DNA of 64,000 nt from an uncultured Bacilli bacterium (GCA_934168005.1 CAKPMN010000001.1:2597-66596), one strand, 5' to 3'. Positions 29,464 through 39,017 are shown, counted from the first letter of the stretch. A program made the numbers and translations. Notes: generated by a model not told the origin, from the letters alone.

Positions 29464-29476
29464 CGTCTTTTTTTCT
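29449..29476 (+). terminator. Terminator hairpin overlapping the truB stop
   Basis: AGATGC-ttta-GCGTCT with one G-U pair, followed by TTTTTTT. Confidence 0.4.
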
Positions 29477-29602
29477 TGACATTTATATGGTTTATATTTA
29501 TTATATTTTATCTAGAATGAGTTTAACAGTTTAATTATAAATAATGATTAGTATTTATTAAATGGTCGTGTAAAAGATTTATAAAATTATAAGGGTGGTT
29601 GT

Positions 29603-31324
29603 ATGATAAAAGTTCTTTTTAGTAAAAAAAATGATAAAAATAGTTATTTAAAAATAAACAATAAGTTTTATTCTAAAAAAAGCTTCTATTCATTTCTTAG
29701 AAAAAAGTATGAAAATGATCAGATAGCTTCTTATAATATTACTTCTAGAAATGATATTAAAGTTATTAAAATAAGATTAAAAGATCATAAGGAAACTTAT
29801 GCTTTATATATGCTTAAAACTGACTACTACTATAAAAAAATATTAAAGCTATTACGTGCTAAATTATATAAGACAATATTTTTGCTGCTTAATATGGTTG
29901 TAACTATATCTTTAGCTAAATCTCTTGCGGATGATATTAAAAATCATCGAGATACTGTTATAGAAGAGAATGTTGACACAGAACTTGTAGATGACTTGTT
30001 TCCTTTATATGATGATGCTTCATGTAATTTTATGGATGATGACTTTTCTTATTTACAGAATGTTGCTGAGTTTGATATTGATAAAACTTTAGATAGTGTT
30101 TTAAACGATGTAATTAAAGATGATAGATGCTCTTATGATGGAGATTTATTCCTAGAAGAAATCGATAATATTGATAAAGAAAAACTAATAAAGAAAATTA
30201 GGTCATCACAGAGTATTAAATATGATAAATTTAGTGAAGACGATATTAGCAAATTAGTTGATTATGTATATGATTATATAGAAAAAATGAAAGAAATAGA
30301 TCCTAATTTTTCTGTTAAAAGATTTGCTTGTTCTTTAGAAAATTTACAGTTTTATAAAAATTTTTATTCAACTGAAGAAAATGAAAATATATATGCATTT
30401 TATACTCAACATTATATAGTATATAATGTAAAGGATGAAGATGTTTCTTTAGCTGAATGGGAACATGTTACTAATCATGAACTTACTCATTTAGAAAATG
30501 ATTATTGTTCTTGTAGTAGTAACTATCATACTTTTACAACAGGTGTTGGAATACATTCGTTTTTTGATAAAGATGTTTTATTTCAACCATATGATTATAA
30601 TTTCTTAAAGGAAGCATTTGCTGAAAGGGTAGCTTCTTTAATGGATGGAGAAAACGTTGCGACTTATTTGCCTGAAAATCAAGTAACAAATAATTTAGAG
30701 TTTGCTTTAGCTATTAATCCAAATTATAAAATGAATGCTATTTTAAGAAATTCAATAGAACGAGATCCAATAGGTTTTTACCAAAATTTTCCATATTTAT
30801 ATGATTCAAGGGAAGAAGTAACTGATTATATTCGTATGCTTAAATGTTATGAGTATAGCCTAGGATATGGACTAGAAAATTATGCTGAGTTAAAAGATGA
30901 GGATTTGAGTATTTGTTTTGACTTTAAAAATTATGCATTTTTAAAACATGTTGAATTATTTTATAAAAATTTATATATTTTAAATGAAGAAAGTAACAGT
31001 GATATTAGTTTATATACGGAAGATTTGATAAATCTTTTTACTTGTTTAATGGTTAAAGAAAATCAGGATTCTTATTCTTCAGTTGATAGTGCTTTAGTTA
31101 ATGGTATTTTAATGGAAAAGTATACTGATTTTAAAAATAATTATTTAGTATATAAATATCCAAATCATATTTTTATGGATATGTATGATCCAGAATTAAT
31201 GGAAGTTGGACCTATTAACTATCCTAGTGATATAGAAAGTGATAAAAGAGAGTTTTTTGATCTTTTAATAGACAATTATTCTGTAACTTTTGGAATTAGT
31301 AATTCTAGTTTGTTAAAAAAATAG
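29603..31324 (+). CDS. Membrane-anchored hypothetical protein with an HExxH motif (putative zincin-like metallopeptidase)
   Basis: A 573-aa protein with a TM segment near residue 90 (IFLLLNMVVTISLA), an HELTH motif (WEHVTNHELTHLEND) and an acidic central region. Confidence 0.45.
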   Translation: MIKVLFSKKNDKNSYLKINNKFYSKKSFYSFLRKKYENDQIASYNITSRNDIKVIKIRLKDHKETYALYMLKTDYYYKKILKLLRAKLYKTIFLLLNMVVTISLAKSLADDIKNHRDTVIEENVDTELVDDLFPLYDDASCNFMDDDFSYLQNVAEFDIDKTLDSVLNDVIKDDRCSYDGDLFLEEIDNIDKEKLIKKIRSSQSIKYDKFSEDDISKLVDYVYDYIEKMKEIDPNFSVKRFACSLENLQFYKNFYSTEENENIYAFYTQHYIVYNVKDEDVSLAEWEHVTNHELTHLENDYCSCSSNYHTFTTGVGIHSFFDKDVLFQPYDYNFLKEAFAERVASLMDGENVATYLPENQVTNNLEFALAINPNYKMNAILRNSIERDPIGFYQNFPYLYDSREEVTDYIRMLKCYEYSLGYGLENYAELKDEDLSICFDFKNYAFLKHVELFYKNLYILNEESNSDISLYTEDLINLFTCLMVKENQDSYSSVDSALVNGILMEKYTDFKNNYLVYKYPNHIFMDMYDPELMEVGPINYPSDIESDKREFFDLLIDNYSVTFGISNSSLLKK

Positions 31325-31356
31325 AAAAAGTCTGTTATAATAAAAAAGGTGATAAT

Positions 31357-32481
31357 ATGATTTATTTAGATTATAGTGCAACTACTAAAACAAGCGATGA
31401 GGTATTAGATACTTTTGTTAAAGTGTCACATGATTTTCCATATAATTCTAATTCTCTTCATTTACTTGGTGTTAAAGCACATGAATTAGAGAATAGTTCT
31501 ACAAGACAGATTGCAAGTTATTTAAATATTAAAGAATCTGAAATTATTTATACATCTGGTTCTAGTGAATCTAATAATACAGCAATAAAGGGAATATGCA
31601 ATTTCTATAAAACACGTGGAAAACATATATTAACTACTAATTTAGAACATTCTAGTATATACGGTCCTCTTGGATATCTTCAAAAAAATGGATTTGAGGT
31701 TGAAATGATTGATACTGATTCAAATGGTGTTGTCATAATAGATGATTTGATAAAAAAACTTAGAAAAGATACTATTTTAGTATCAATTTGTTCTGTTAAT
31801 AGTGAAACTGGTGTACTTCAACCAATTAATTTAATAGGTAAGACTATACATGAAAATTCTAACAGTTTTTTTCATGTTGATATGACTCAAAGTATTGGTA
31901 AAGTTAAAATACCTTTTGATAATGTTGATTTAGCTAGTATTTCTGCTCATAAAATTTATGGTATTAAGGGAATTGGAATGCTTTATAAGAGAGAAAACAT
32001 TAACATTGAACCTTTAATTCATGGAGGAAAGAGTACAACTAAGTATAGAAGTGGAACTCCTGCTATCCCATTAATCGCATCATTTGCTAAAGCTATAAGA
32101 CTTTGTTTTGATGATATAGATTCTAGATACGATTATATTTTAAAATTAAATAAAAAAATAAAAGAATCATTGAAAGATTTACCTAATGTAGTTATTAATA
32201 GCAATGATAAGTGCATTCCTCATATTTTAAATATAAGCATCTTAAATGTTAAACCTGAGACTATGCTTCATGCTTTAGAAAGTGAAGATATTTATATTTC
32301 TACTCAAAGTGCATGTTCTTCAAATGATATAAGTAAAGCTGTATTTGAAGTGACTAAAAGTGAGTTAAAAGCAAGACATAGTATACGTATTAGTTTATCT
32401 TATTTAACAACCGAAGATGAAGTTGATACTTTTATAGAAAAATTTAAAGTTATTGTGGAAAGATTGGGTAACATTAGATGA
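31357..32481 (+). CDS. Cysteine desulfurase (class V aminotransferase, NifS/IscS-like)
   Basis: The PLP-lysine region SISAHKIYGIKGIGMLY, the N-terminal MIYLDYSATT and the C-terminal catalytic-loop Cys region. Confidence 0.8.
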   Translation: MIYLDYSATTKTSDEVLDTFVKVSHDFPYNSNSLHLLGVKAHELENSSTRQIASYLNIKESEIIYTSGSSESNNTAIKGICNFYKTRGKHILTTNLEHSSIYGPLGYLQKNGFEVEMIDTDSNGVVIIDDLIKKLRKDTILVSICSVNSETGVLQPINLIGKTIHENSNSFFHVDMTQSIGKVKIPFDNVDLASISAHKIYGIKGIGMLYKRENINIEPLIHGGKSTTKYRSGTPAIPLIASFAKAIRLCFDDIDSRYDYILKLNKKIKESLKDLPNVVINSNDKCIPHILNISILNVKPETMLHALESEDIYISTQSACSSNDISKAVFEVTKSELKARHSIRISLSYLTTEDEVDTFIEKFKVIVERLGNIR

Positions 32482-32720
32482 AGATTGTTAGAATAAGTGC
32501 TGTATGGTGTTCTAGTTGTATTGTAACTTATAAAGATTTTAATTATTTAAAAGAAAAATATCCTCTAAATACTTATATAGAATTAGATTATGACATGGAT
32601 GATATTTCAAAATATAATGTTGGTAAAATATTACCTGTTGTTATCTTATATAAAGGTGATGTAGAAGTATCTAGGTTTGCTGGTGAAGTTGATATTAAGA
32701 AGATAGAGGAAAAATTATGA
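32478..32720 (+). CDS. Small thioredoxin-like protein (CxxC)
   Basis: An 80-aa protein with WCSSC at the position of the thioredoxin active site, overlapping both neighbouring genes. Confidence 0.45.
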   Translation: MKIVRISAVWCSSCIVTYKDFNYLKEKYPLNTYIELDYDMDDISKYNVGKILPVVILYKGDVEVSRFAGEVDIKKIEEKL

Positions 32721-33868
32721 AAAAGTTAATATTTGCAGTTTTCTTATTTTTTACTAGTATTAATGTTTTAGCATATCATACTGATTTATATTTCTTTTAT
32801 GATAAAGATTGTCCTCATTGTAAGAGTGAAATGGAATTTTTAGATTCTATTAAAGATAACTATGATATAACTTATCATTTTTATGAAGTTACAAATGATA
32901 AAGATAATAGCAAGTTATTAAAACAAGTTAAAACTTCTTTTAAATTATCTAGCAATTATGTTCCTTTTACTGTTATAGGGGACAATACTGTTACTGGATT
33001 TAGTGAAACAGCAAAGGATAGGATACTAAAATATTTGGATATGTGTAGTAATTATGAATGTACTGATAATGTTTTTAAGATTCAAAATGGTCAAGAAATA
33101 GAAAATAAGAAAGATAATGATCCAAAGTTTAATTTACCTTTTTTAGGTGAAGTTGATGTTAGAAAAACATCTATTCCTTTGATAGCTGTTATATTAGGTC
33201 TTATAGATGGCTTTAATCCATGTGCTATGTGGGTGTTATTATTTTTAATAAGTGTTTTATTAAATCTTAAAGATAGTAAAAGAAGATGGATTTTAGGACT
33301 TACATTTTTAGTTACATCAGGTCTTATTTACTTATTTTTTATGGTAGCGTGGTTAAATATTATGATTAGTATGTCTACTGTAAGAATTATTAGAATATTG
33401 ATTGGATTATTTGCTTTAGTATTTGGAATATATTCAATATATAAGTTCTTTACTTTTAAAGTGGGTTGTAGTGTTACTGATAAGAATGAAAAGAAAAAGA
33501 TAATGGATAGAACCATTAAATATACAAAAGAAAAGAGCTTTGTCTTAGCTATTCTTGGAATGATTTTTTTAGCTATATCTGTTAATTTGGTCGAGCTTGC
33601 ATGTTCTGTTGGACTTCCTGTTATTTTTACTAACATATTAGCTATAAATGATTTATCTGTACTTTCATATGCTTTTAATTTATTTATATATATTTTATTT
33701 TATATGATGGACGATATTATAATATTTTTGATAGCTATGATAACTTTAAAAGTTACAGGTATATCTAATAAGTATACAAAGTTGTCTAAGATAATAGGTG
33801 GGGTTGTCATGATTTTAATTGGAATATTGATGTTATTTTTTCCATCTATCTTAATGTTTAATTTTTAA
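32717..33868 (+). CDS. Fusion of an extracytoplasmic thioredoxin-like domain (CPHC) and a CcdA/DsbD-like transmembrane thiol-disulfide transporter domain
   Basis: A signal peptide, FFYDKDCPHCKSE (a thioredoxin CxxC), then polytopic TM helices carrying GFNPCAMWV and ELACSVGLP, which resemble the two conserved Cys motifs of CcdA. Confidence 0.5.
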   Translation: MKKLIFAVFLFFTSINVLAYHTDLYFFYDKDCPHCKSEMEFLDSIKDNYDITYHFYEVTNDKDNSKLLKQVKTSFKLSSNYVPFTVIGDNTVTGFSETAKDRILKYLDMCSNYECTDNVFKIQNGQEIENKKDNDPKFNLPFLGEVDVRKTSIPLIAVILGLIDGFNPCAMWVLLFLISVLLNLKDSKRRWILGLTFLVTSGLIYLFFMVAWLNIMISMSTVRIIRILIGLFALVFGIYSIYKFFTFKVGCSVTDKNEKKKIMDRTIKYTKEKSFVLAILGMIFLAISVNLVELACSVGLPVIFTNILAINDLSVLSYAFNLFIYILFYMMDDIIIFLIAMITLKVTGISNKYTKLSKIIGGVVMILIGILMLFFPSILMFNF

Positions 33869-33970
33869 CAAAAACTACAAAATTCGTCATAATTTTTAAA
33901 AACTATTGCATTATATTATTTTAAATGATATATTTAACTTAACAACGAGACTAGTATTCATCCTTTGACA

Positions 33971-34020
33971 TTAAAGGAGTGTACTATGTCTTTTTTTAGT
34001 ATAATACACTCCCTTTAAGG
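33971..34020 (+). promoter_or_regulatory. Long imperfect hairpin upstream of the 34091 gene
   Basis: TTAAAGGAGTGTA (33971-33983) pairs with TACACTCCCTTTAA (34005-34018) with a 1-nt bulge and a 21-nt loop. Confidence 0.35.
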
Positions 34021-34090
34021 AAGTGAGGTGTTTTTTGTAAATTAATAAATATTTTATAAGATACTTTATTTTTAGTAGGGAGGAATAGTT

Positions 34091-34507
34091 ATGAAAAAAA
34101 GTAAAAAGTATTTAAAAATAAGTTTTTTAGCATTTTGTTTTTCGTTAGTTAGTTTAGTAAGTGTTTCAGCAGCCGGATATAATTTTAATAATTTTACAAT
34201 CCCTAAGTATCAAAATTGGGGTGTGTTGGGCTTATTTAAAACGAGTTCTACTACAGACTATGGCACAGTTAGATTATCAAATATGAATCTAGAAGCTGTG
34301 ACATTTAGAGCTCGTTCAATGGATACAAATCAAAACTATGGTCCATTTGGTTCATCAAAAGTTGTTGATCAAGTTGGTGAAACTGTAAAAGTAAAATATA
34401 ATCAAACTTATACTGCAAGAACTTATATACAATTGCAGGCAAGAAACCATAATTGGAATTCAGCAACAAGGTCTATTTCAGGGGTATTTTACGTAGATGG
34501 AAAATAA
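34091..34507 (+). CDS. Small secreted protein (Sec signal peptide)
   Basis: The RBS GGGAGGAA and the signal peptide MKKSKKYLKISFLAFCFSLVSLVSVSAAG, with a mature part of about 110 aa that contains no Cys. Confidence 0.5.
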   Translation: MKKSKKYLKISFLAFCFSLVSLVSVSAAGYNFNNFTIPKYQNWGVLGLFKTSSTTDYGTVRLSNMNLEAVTFRARSMDTNQNYGPFGSSKVVDQVGETVKVKYNQTYTARTYIQLQARNHNWNSATRSISGVFYVDGK

Positions 34508-34574
34508 TTTTTAAGATTTATTTTAGAAGAAGATAAAAAATCTTCTTCTAAAATAACTAATTAAAGGAGGACTT

Positions 34575-35390
34575 ATGAAAGAACTTAAATATAATATTAA
34601 CTATTTATTAAGAAAAAAAGAGTTATATATTATGATTATATTCTTACTTGTTATTGTTATTGCAAATGTATATATGGTTTCCTCTGAAGCTTTATTTAGA
34701 ATGGATGATTATAAGGAAACTATTGAGACTGCTGAATATCTCCAAATATTTTCTGGGTATTCTAATTGGATATTATGTCCTATGTTTATTTTAGGAGTTC
34801 CTATTCTTAGTTCATTAGTATTTTGTGATATATCATGGACTGAAAGAAAAGGAAAAATAGATAATCTTTTATCTAATCGCTTAGATTATAAAACTAATAC
34901 TATAGTAAGATTTTTTCTTGCTATATTTGGTACTTTTTTGCTTGTTTTTTTAACATTAATGTTGGATTATTTATGTTTAGTTTATTTATTTGGAAGTGGA
35001 GCTAAGATTGATTATAGTGGAGGAGCTGCTTTTAATATTTTTACTACTATAAAATTTTTAAAAGAATTATTCTATGTTAGTCCATTTTTTCATTCTGTTG
35101 TATCTATTTTACATATATCTTTAATATTTGGATTGTTAACTGGATTAAGCTATGCACTTTCATTTTATTTAAAGCAAAAAGTATTGATTTATTTTACATC
35201 ACCAATTATATTTTTAGTTTTAGAAGTTTTACTTGGCAGTTCAATTGTTTTAAGAAATTTTTCTATATTATTACAAGTTGAGTTAAGAATTGGAAATATC
35301 TGGGCTTCATTAGGAATATATGCTATGTTATTTATTTCTTCAATTTTATTAATTGGACTTCATATAAATAAAAAGGATGTTTTATTATGA
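34575..35390 (+). CDS. ABC-2-type permease-like polytopic membrane protein
   Basis: The RBS AAAGGAGG. A 271-aa protein with about 6 TM helices. Confidence 0.45.
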   Translation: MKELKYNINYLLRKKELYIMIIFLLVIVIANVYMVSSEALFRMDDYKETIETAEYLQIFSGYSNWILCPMFILGVPILSSLVFCDISWTERKGKIDNLLSNRLDYKTNTIVRFFLAIFGTFLLVFLTLMLDYLCLVYLFGSGAKIDYSGGAAFNIFTTIKFLKELFYVSPFFHSVVSILHISLIFGLLTGLSYALSFYLKQKVLIYFTSPIIFLVLEVLLGSSIVLRNFSILLQVELRIGNIWASLGIYAMLFISSILLIGLHINKKDVLL

Positions 35391-36055
35391 AATATGTATT
35401 AAAAAAACCGGCAACATTATTATTTATGGTGATCGTTATTATTCTTGGTATATCAATTGGATATGATGTTGGAAGTATGGGACTATTATCTACTAGATTA
35501 AGTGTTATTACTGTTAGAATTCTAATACTTATATCTTTTATCTATATGGATTTTTTAGTCTTTAGAGATTTAAATAGTTCTATGGTTTTATTTAGAAATA
35601 AATCGTTATTAAAATTTTTTAAATCTGTTATAAAAATAGAAATGTTACTAGTATTTATTTTTTCATTATTATTATTTATACCAATTATTTTACTTAACTT
35701 TTCTATGTTTTTAAAAGAATTTAATTATTTTGTGCTAATGATTATTAATTTTAATGTAGTTATGACATTTTGTATATCTATAGTTAGACTTATAGATGTT
35801 GGAATTAATAAGAGATCGTTATCTTCTATAATTTTTATACTATCTTTTATAGCAATTGATTTAATAATGGATGAATTTTACTTTGATATAATCGGTTTAT
35901 CATCAATATTTATTCTTCCATTAGAATTTAATTTATTAACATACTTTTTAGTTTTATTTGTACTTATAACATCTATAATAATGATTACGTTTTTAACACT
36001 TTATGAAATATCAAGAAAGGATTATTTAATAAAAAATGAAGAAGTTAATATCTAA
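35387..36055 (+). CDS. Polytopic membrane protein (ABC-2 permease-like)
   Basis: A 222-aa protein with about 6 TM helices and a start overlapping the preceding stop. Confidence 0.45.
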   Translation: MKYVLKKPATLLFMVIVIILGISIGYDVGSMGLLSTRLSVITVRILILISFIYMDFLVFRDLNSSMVLFRNKSLLKFFKSVIKIEMLLVFIFSLLLFIPIILLNFSMFLKEFNYFVLMIINFNVVMTFCISIVRLIDVGINKRSLSSIIFILSFIAIDLIMDEFYFDIIGLSSIFILPLEFNLLTYFLVLFVLITSIIMITFLTLYEISRKDYLIKNEEVNI

Positions 36056-36710
36056 TAGAGAAATATTATTTTTTATATTTATGTTGTTTATAATAACAGC
36101 TCTTAAAAGTTCAAACTTAACTTATGGCAACTTTTTAGAAAGTTTTAAAAATGTATTATTTTTTTACAATGAAAAGACTCTATTGATAAACACCGTATCG
36201 TTGCTTCAATATTTTATTTTAATTTTAATTGTTGTAAAAAGGGCGTGTTATAGATTAACACATTTTATATCAAGATATAGAAATAGAAGAAGATATTTAT
36301 TTAAAGTTATAACTGATACATTCTTAACAAATATAATATTAACCGTTATTATGATTTTCTTACAAGGTTTTTTATTCCTATATATTAAAGGAGTTAGTTT
36401 TAATTTTGACTTTTCTTTAATTCAGATTAGTGTTAAGTTGATTTTTGAATTATTTATATCAGAACTTATTTTGATTATTTTAATTTTAATAACTAAGCAA
36501 TTAACTTATTCATATTTGATTTATTTTATTTTTACTAATATTTGCCTACATTACGCACGCGAAAAATATATTCCACTTATTTCGGTTTATTTGGACGCTA
36601 AATTTAATATTTATTTGTTTGGATTAATGTTTATATTAATAGGTATTTTATATTTTTTATATCAAAATTTAGATATAGGAGGGGAATTAGATGAAGTTGA
36701 AAGTAATTAA
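36036..36710 (+). CDS. Polytopic membrane protein (ABC-2 permease-like)
   Basis: A 224-aa protein with about 6 TM helices that overlaps both neighbours. Confidence 0.45.
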   Translation: MKKLISNREILFFIFMLFIITALKSSNLTYGNFLESFKNVLFFYNEKTLLINTVSLLQYFILILIVVKRACYRLTHFISRYRNRRRYLFKVITDTFLTNIILTVIMIFLQGFLFLYIKGVSFNFDFSLIQISVKLIFELFISELILIILILITKQLTYSYLIYFIFTNICLHYAREKYIPLISVYLDAKFNIYLFGLMFILIGILYFLYQNLDIGGELDEVESN

Positions 36711-37344
36711 TTATACTAAAATTATAAAGAATAAAGTAATTTTAGATAATGTTAACTTAGAGTTAGAAAGTGGAAATATTTATGGCTTTTTTGGAAGAAA
36801 TGGTAGTGGGAAAACTATGCTTTTTAGAGCCATAACTTCACTTATACATCCAACAGAAGGGGATGTTTTGATAGATGGAAAATCAGTTAATCATGATGAT
36901 TTTGATTTAAGTCAAGTGGGTATTCTTATAGAAGACCCTGGATTTTATCCACATTTAACTGGATTTGAAAACTTGGAGATGCTTTATACTATTAATAATA
37001 AAAAAGATTCTGATTATATAAAAAGTGTTTTAGATAGGGTTGGACTTTTAGATGCTGCCTTTAAAAAGTATAAAGAATATTCACTTGGAATGAGACAACG
37101 CCTTAGAATAGCGCAAGCATTTATGGAAAATCAAAAAATTATTATATTAGATGAACCTACAAATGGACTTGATGAAAAAGGAATAGAGATTATTTATAAT
37201 CTTATTCAAGAAGAAAAAAACAAAGGAAAGCTTATCTTGCTTGCTAGTCATAATAAGGAAGACTTAAAAATGCTTTGTGATAAGATATATTCTGTAAGAG
37301 AAGGCAAGATAGAAGAGGCATTAAAAGAGGAAGTTTCTTTATGA
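36691..37344 (+). CDS. ABC transporter ATP-binding protein
   Basis: Walker A GRNGSGKT, signature YSLGMRQRL and Walker B IIILDEPTNGLD. At 217 aa it is the size of the ATPases of ABC-2 and lantibiotic-immunity transporters. Confidence 0.85.
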   Translation: MKLKVINYTKIIKNKVILDNVNLELESGNIYGFFGRNGSGKTMLFRAITSLIHPTEGDVLIDGKSVNHDDFDLSQVGILIEDPGFYPHLTGFENLEMLYTINNKKDSDYIKSVLDRVGLLDAAFKKYKEYSLGMRQRLRIAQAFMENQKIIILDEPTNGLDEKGIEIIYNLIQEEKNKGKLILLASHNKEDLKMLCDKIYSVREGKIEEALKEEVSL

Positions 37345-38063
37345 TAAAGTATTTGAAATATATATGTCTTATTTTATGCTTTGTTTTAGTTGGAGTTTTA
37401 TTATATGAAAAATCAAGAATTAAGAAACTAGATTATGAAGAATTTTATAATAAGACAATGTATGATATAGAAAAAACACCAGCAGCTCTTTTATCATCAT
37501 ACGTTCGTGGTATAAAAGATCAATTCTATGAAGATGTTAAATCTCTTGATGATCTACTTGAACATTCAGAATATGCGGCTTTAGTTAGAATAGATGAAAA
37601 AGAAGTATATGGTGATGGAATTATAAATCATGCAACTGTTCTAAAAAATATAAAAGGATTAGAAGGAAAAGATAAAATTCAGTTTTATGATTTAGCAATT
37701 GAGACACGTCCTAACATAGCCGTTCAGTATATTGGTGGCACAACCCCTCTTAAGAAAGATAATGAATATTTTGTATTTTTAAATTCACTTAAACATCAAA
37801 ATAGAAGAGGGGCAATGATATTTTCTAGTATAGGATATGGATATTTTAAAAATGCCTCTGATACTCCTATACTTCGTGATTATAATCCAAGAGATGGTGT
37901 TCCTTATTCTTTAGATACAATCAAGAATTATGATTTTGTAACATTGATTGAAGATGATAATTGTCATTTTGAAGATGCTGTTATATTAGTTTGTTTACCA
38001 CCAAGAGATTTTACAGATTATATAAATATCAAAAAAGAGATACTTGAAAAATATAATTCTTAA
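37341..38063 (+). CDS. Membrane-anchored hypothetical protein, last gene of the ABC unit
   Basis: The N-terminal TM segment YICLILCFVLVGVLLY; the start overlaps the ATPase stop. Confidence 0.45.
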   Translation: MIKYLKYICLILCFVLVGVLLYEKSRIKKLDYEEFYNKTMYDIEKTPAALLSSYVRGIKDQFYEDVKSLDDLLEHSEYAALVRIDEKEVYGDGIINHATVLKNIKGLEGKDKIQFYDLAIETRPNIAVQYIGGTTPLKKDNEYFVFLNSLKHQNRRGAMIFSSIGYGYFKNASDTPILRDYNPRDGVPYSLDTIKNYDFVTLIEDDNCHFEDAVILVCLPPRDFTDYINIKKEILEKYNS

Positions 38064-38083
38064 ACACATTTTGATTGACAATA
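38055..38083 (+). promoter_or_regulatory. Candidate sigma-A promoter for secE-nusG
   Basis: TTGACA at 38055-38060, a 17-bp spacer, then TATTAT at 38078-38083. Confidence 0.45.
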
Positions 38084-38169
38084 GATATTAACTATGTTAT
38101 TATTTATTTAGACACAGAAATGTGTTTTTTAATTGCAAAAATGCATACAATGAAAGAGGTGTAAGTATT

Positions 38170-38349
38170 TTGAAAAAATTACTTAGATTCTTAGTTGGAG
38201 TATCAAAAGAAAAAGATAAAATTAAATGGCCAACTAAAAAGCAATTAATAGTTTACTCATCTGCAACACTTATATTTATGATAATTGTAGGACTTTTCTT
38301 CACAGGACTTGATTTAGGATTTTCTTATCTTAAAACTTTGGTAGGTTAA
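38170..38349 (+). CDS. secE: Preprotein translocase subunit SecE
   Basis: A roughly 60-aa single-TM protein (KIKWPTKKQLIVYSSATLIFMIIVGLFF) directly upstream of nusG. The likely start is TTG 38170, 8 nt after GAAAGAGGTG. Confidence 0.7.
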   Translation: MKKLLRFLVGVSKEKDKIKWPTKKQLIVYSSATLIFMIIVGLFFTGLDLGFSYLKTLVG

Positions 38350-38352
38350 TTT

Positions 38353-38889
38353 ATGGAAGATAAACAATGGTATGTTGTTAATACCTATTCAGGTCATGAA
38401 AATAAAGTAAAAGAAAAGTTAGAGATGCGTGCTAGTACAATGGGAATGGAAGATTTTATATTCCGCGTTATTGTACCAGAACAAAAAGAAATAGAAGTAA
38501 AAGATGGTAAAGAAAAAGAAAAAGTTAAAAAGATGTTTCCAGGATATATCTTAGTTGAAATGAAAATGACTGATGAAGCTTGGTTTATTGTTCGTAATAC
38601 TCCAGGTGTAACAGGATTTATCGGATCTTCTGGTAAGGGAGCAAAACCATTTCCACTTACTCCAGCAGAAGTTGATAAAATACTAGGAAGTATGGGATTA
38701 TCTCGTCTAGAAATTGGTAATTCATTAAATATTGGTGACAAAGTTAAAGTTATTGCAGGACCATTTGCAAATATGTATGGTGTTGTTAAATCAATTGATA
38801 TGGAAAGCCAAAAAATTGAAGTCACACTTGATCTATTTGGTCAAGAAACAGTTGTCGAACTTGGACTTACAGAAATTGAAGCTGCATAG
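38353..38889 (+). CDS. nusG: Transcription termination/antitermination factor NusG
   Basis: WYVVNTYSGHENKVKEKLE is the NGN domain, and a C-terminal KOW domain follows (GDKVKVIAGPFANMYGVV). Confidence 0.95.
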   Translation: MEDKQWYVVNTYSGHENKVKEKLEMRASTMGMEDFIFRVIVPEQKEIEVKDGKEKEKVKKMFPGYILVEMKMTDEAWFIVRNTPGVTGFIGSSGKGAKPFPLTPAEVDKILGSMGLSRLEIGNSLNIGDKVKVIAGPFANMYGVVKSIDMESQKIEVTLDLFGQETVVELGLTEIEAA

Positions 38890-39017
38890 TAGACAATATG
38901 TAAAAAATGTGATATTATTATTTAGCTATATATTTTTTATATAGAAGAAGTGGGAGATGTTTTATGCGGATATCATTTGAACCACTCGCGAAAAAAATTT
39001 TATAGGAGGTGTTTTTC

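Noticed and set aside
33965-34005. TTGACA (33965-33970) and TATAAT (34000-34005) as the promoter of the secreted-protein unit.
   Set aside because: The 29-bp spacing is incompatible with sigma-A. Both hexamers are part of the hairpin arms and loop, so they were reported only as context for the hairpin finding.
38890-39017. A possible L11/L1 leader structure upstream of rplK; the AT-only stem CTATATAttttttTATATAG and a GTGGG...CCACTC pairing are present.
   Set aside because: The stems are weak and AT-only, and I cannot verify the motif against a covariance model without tools. It is mentioned under the ribosomal-leader finding and not annotated separately.
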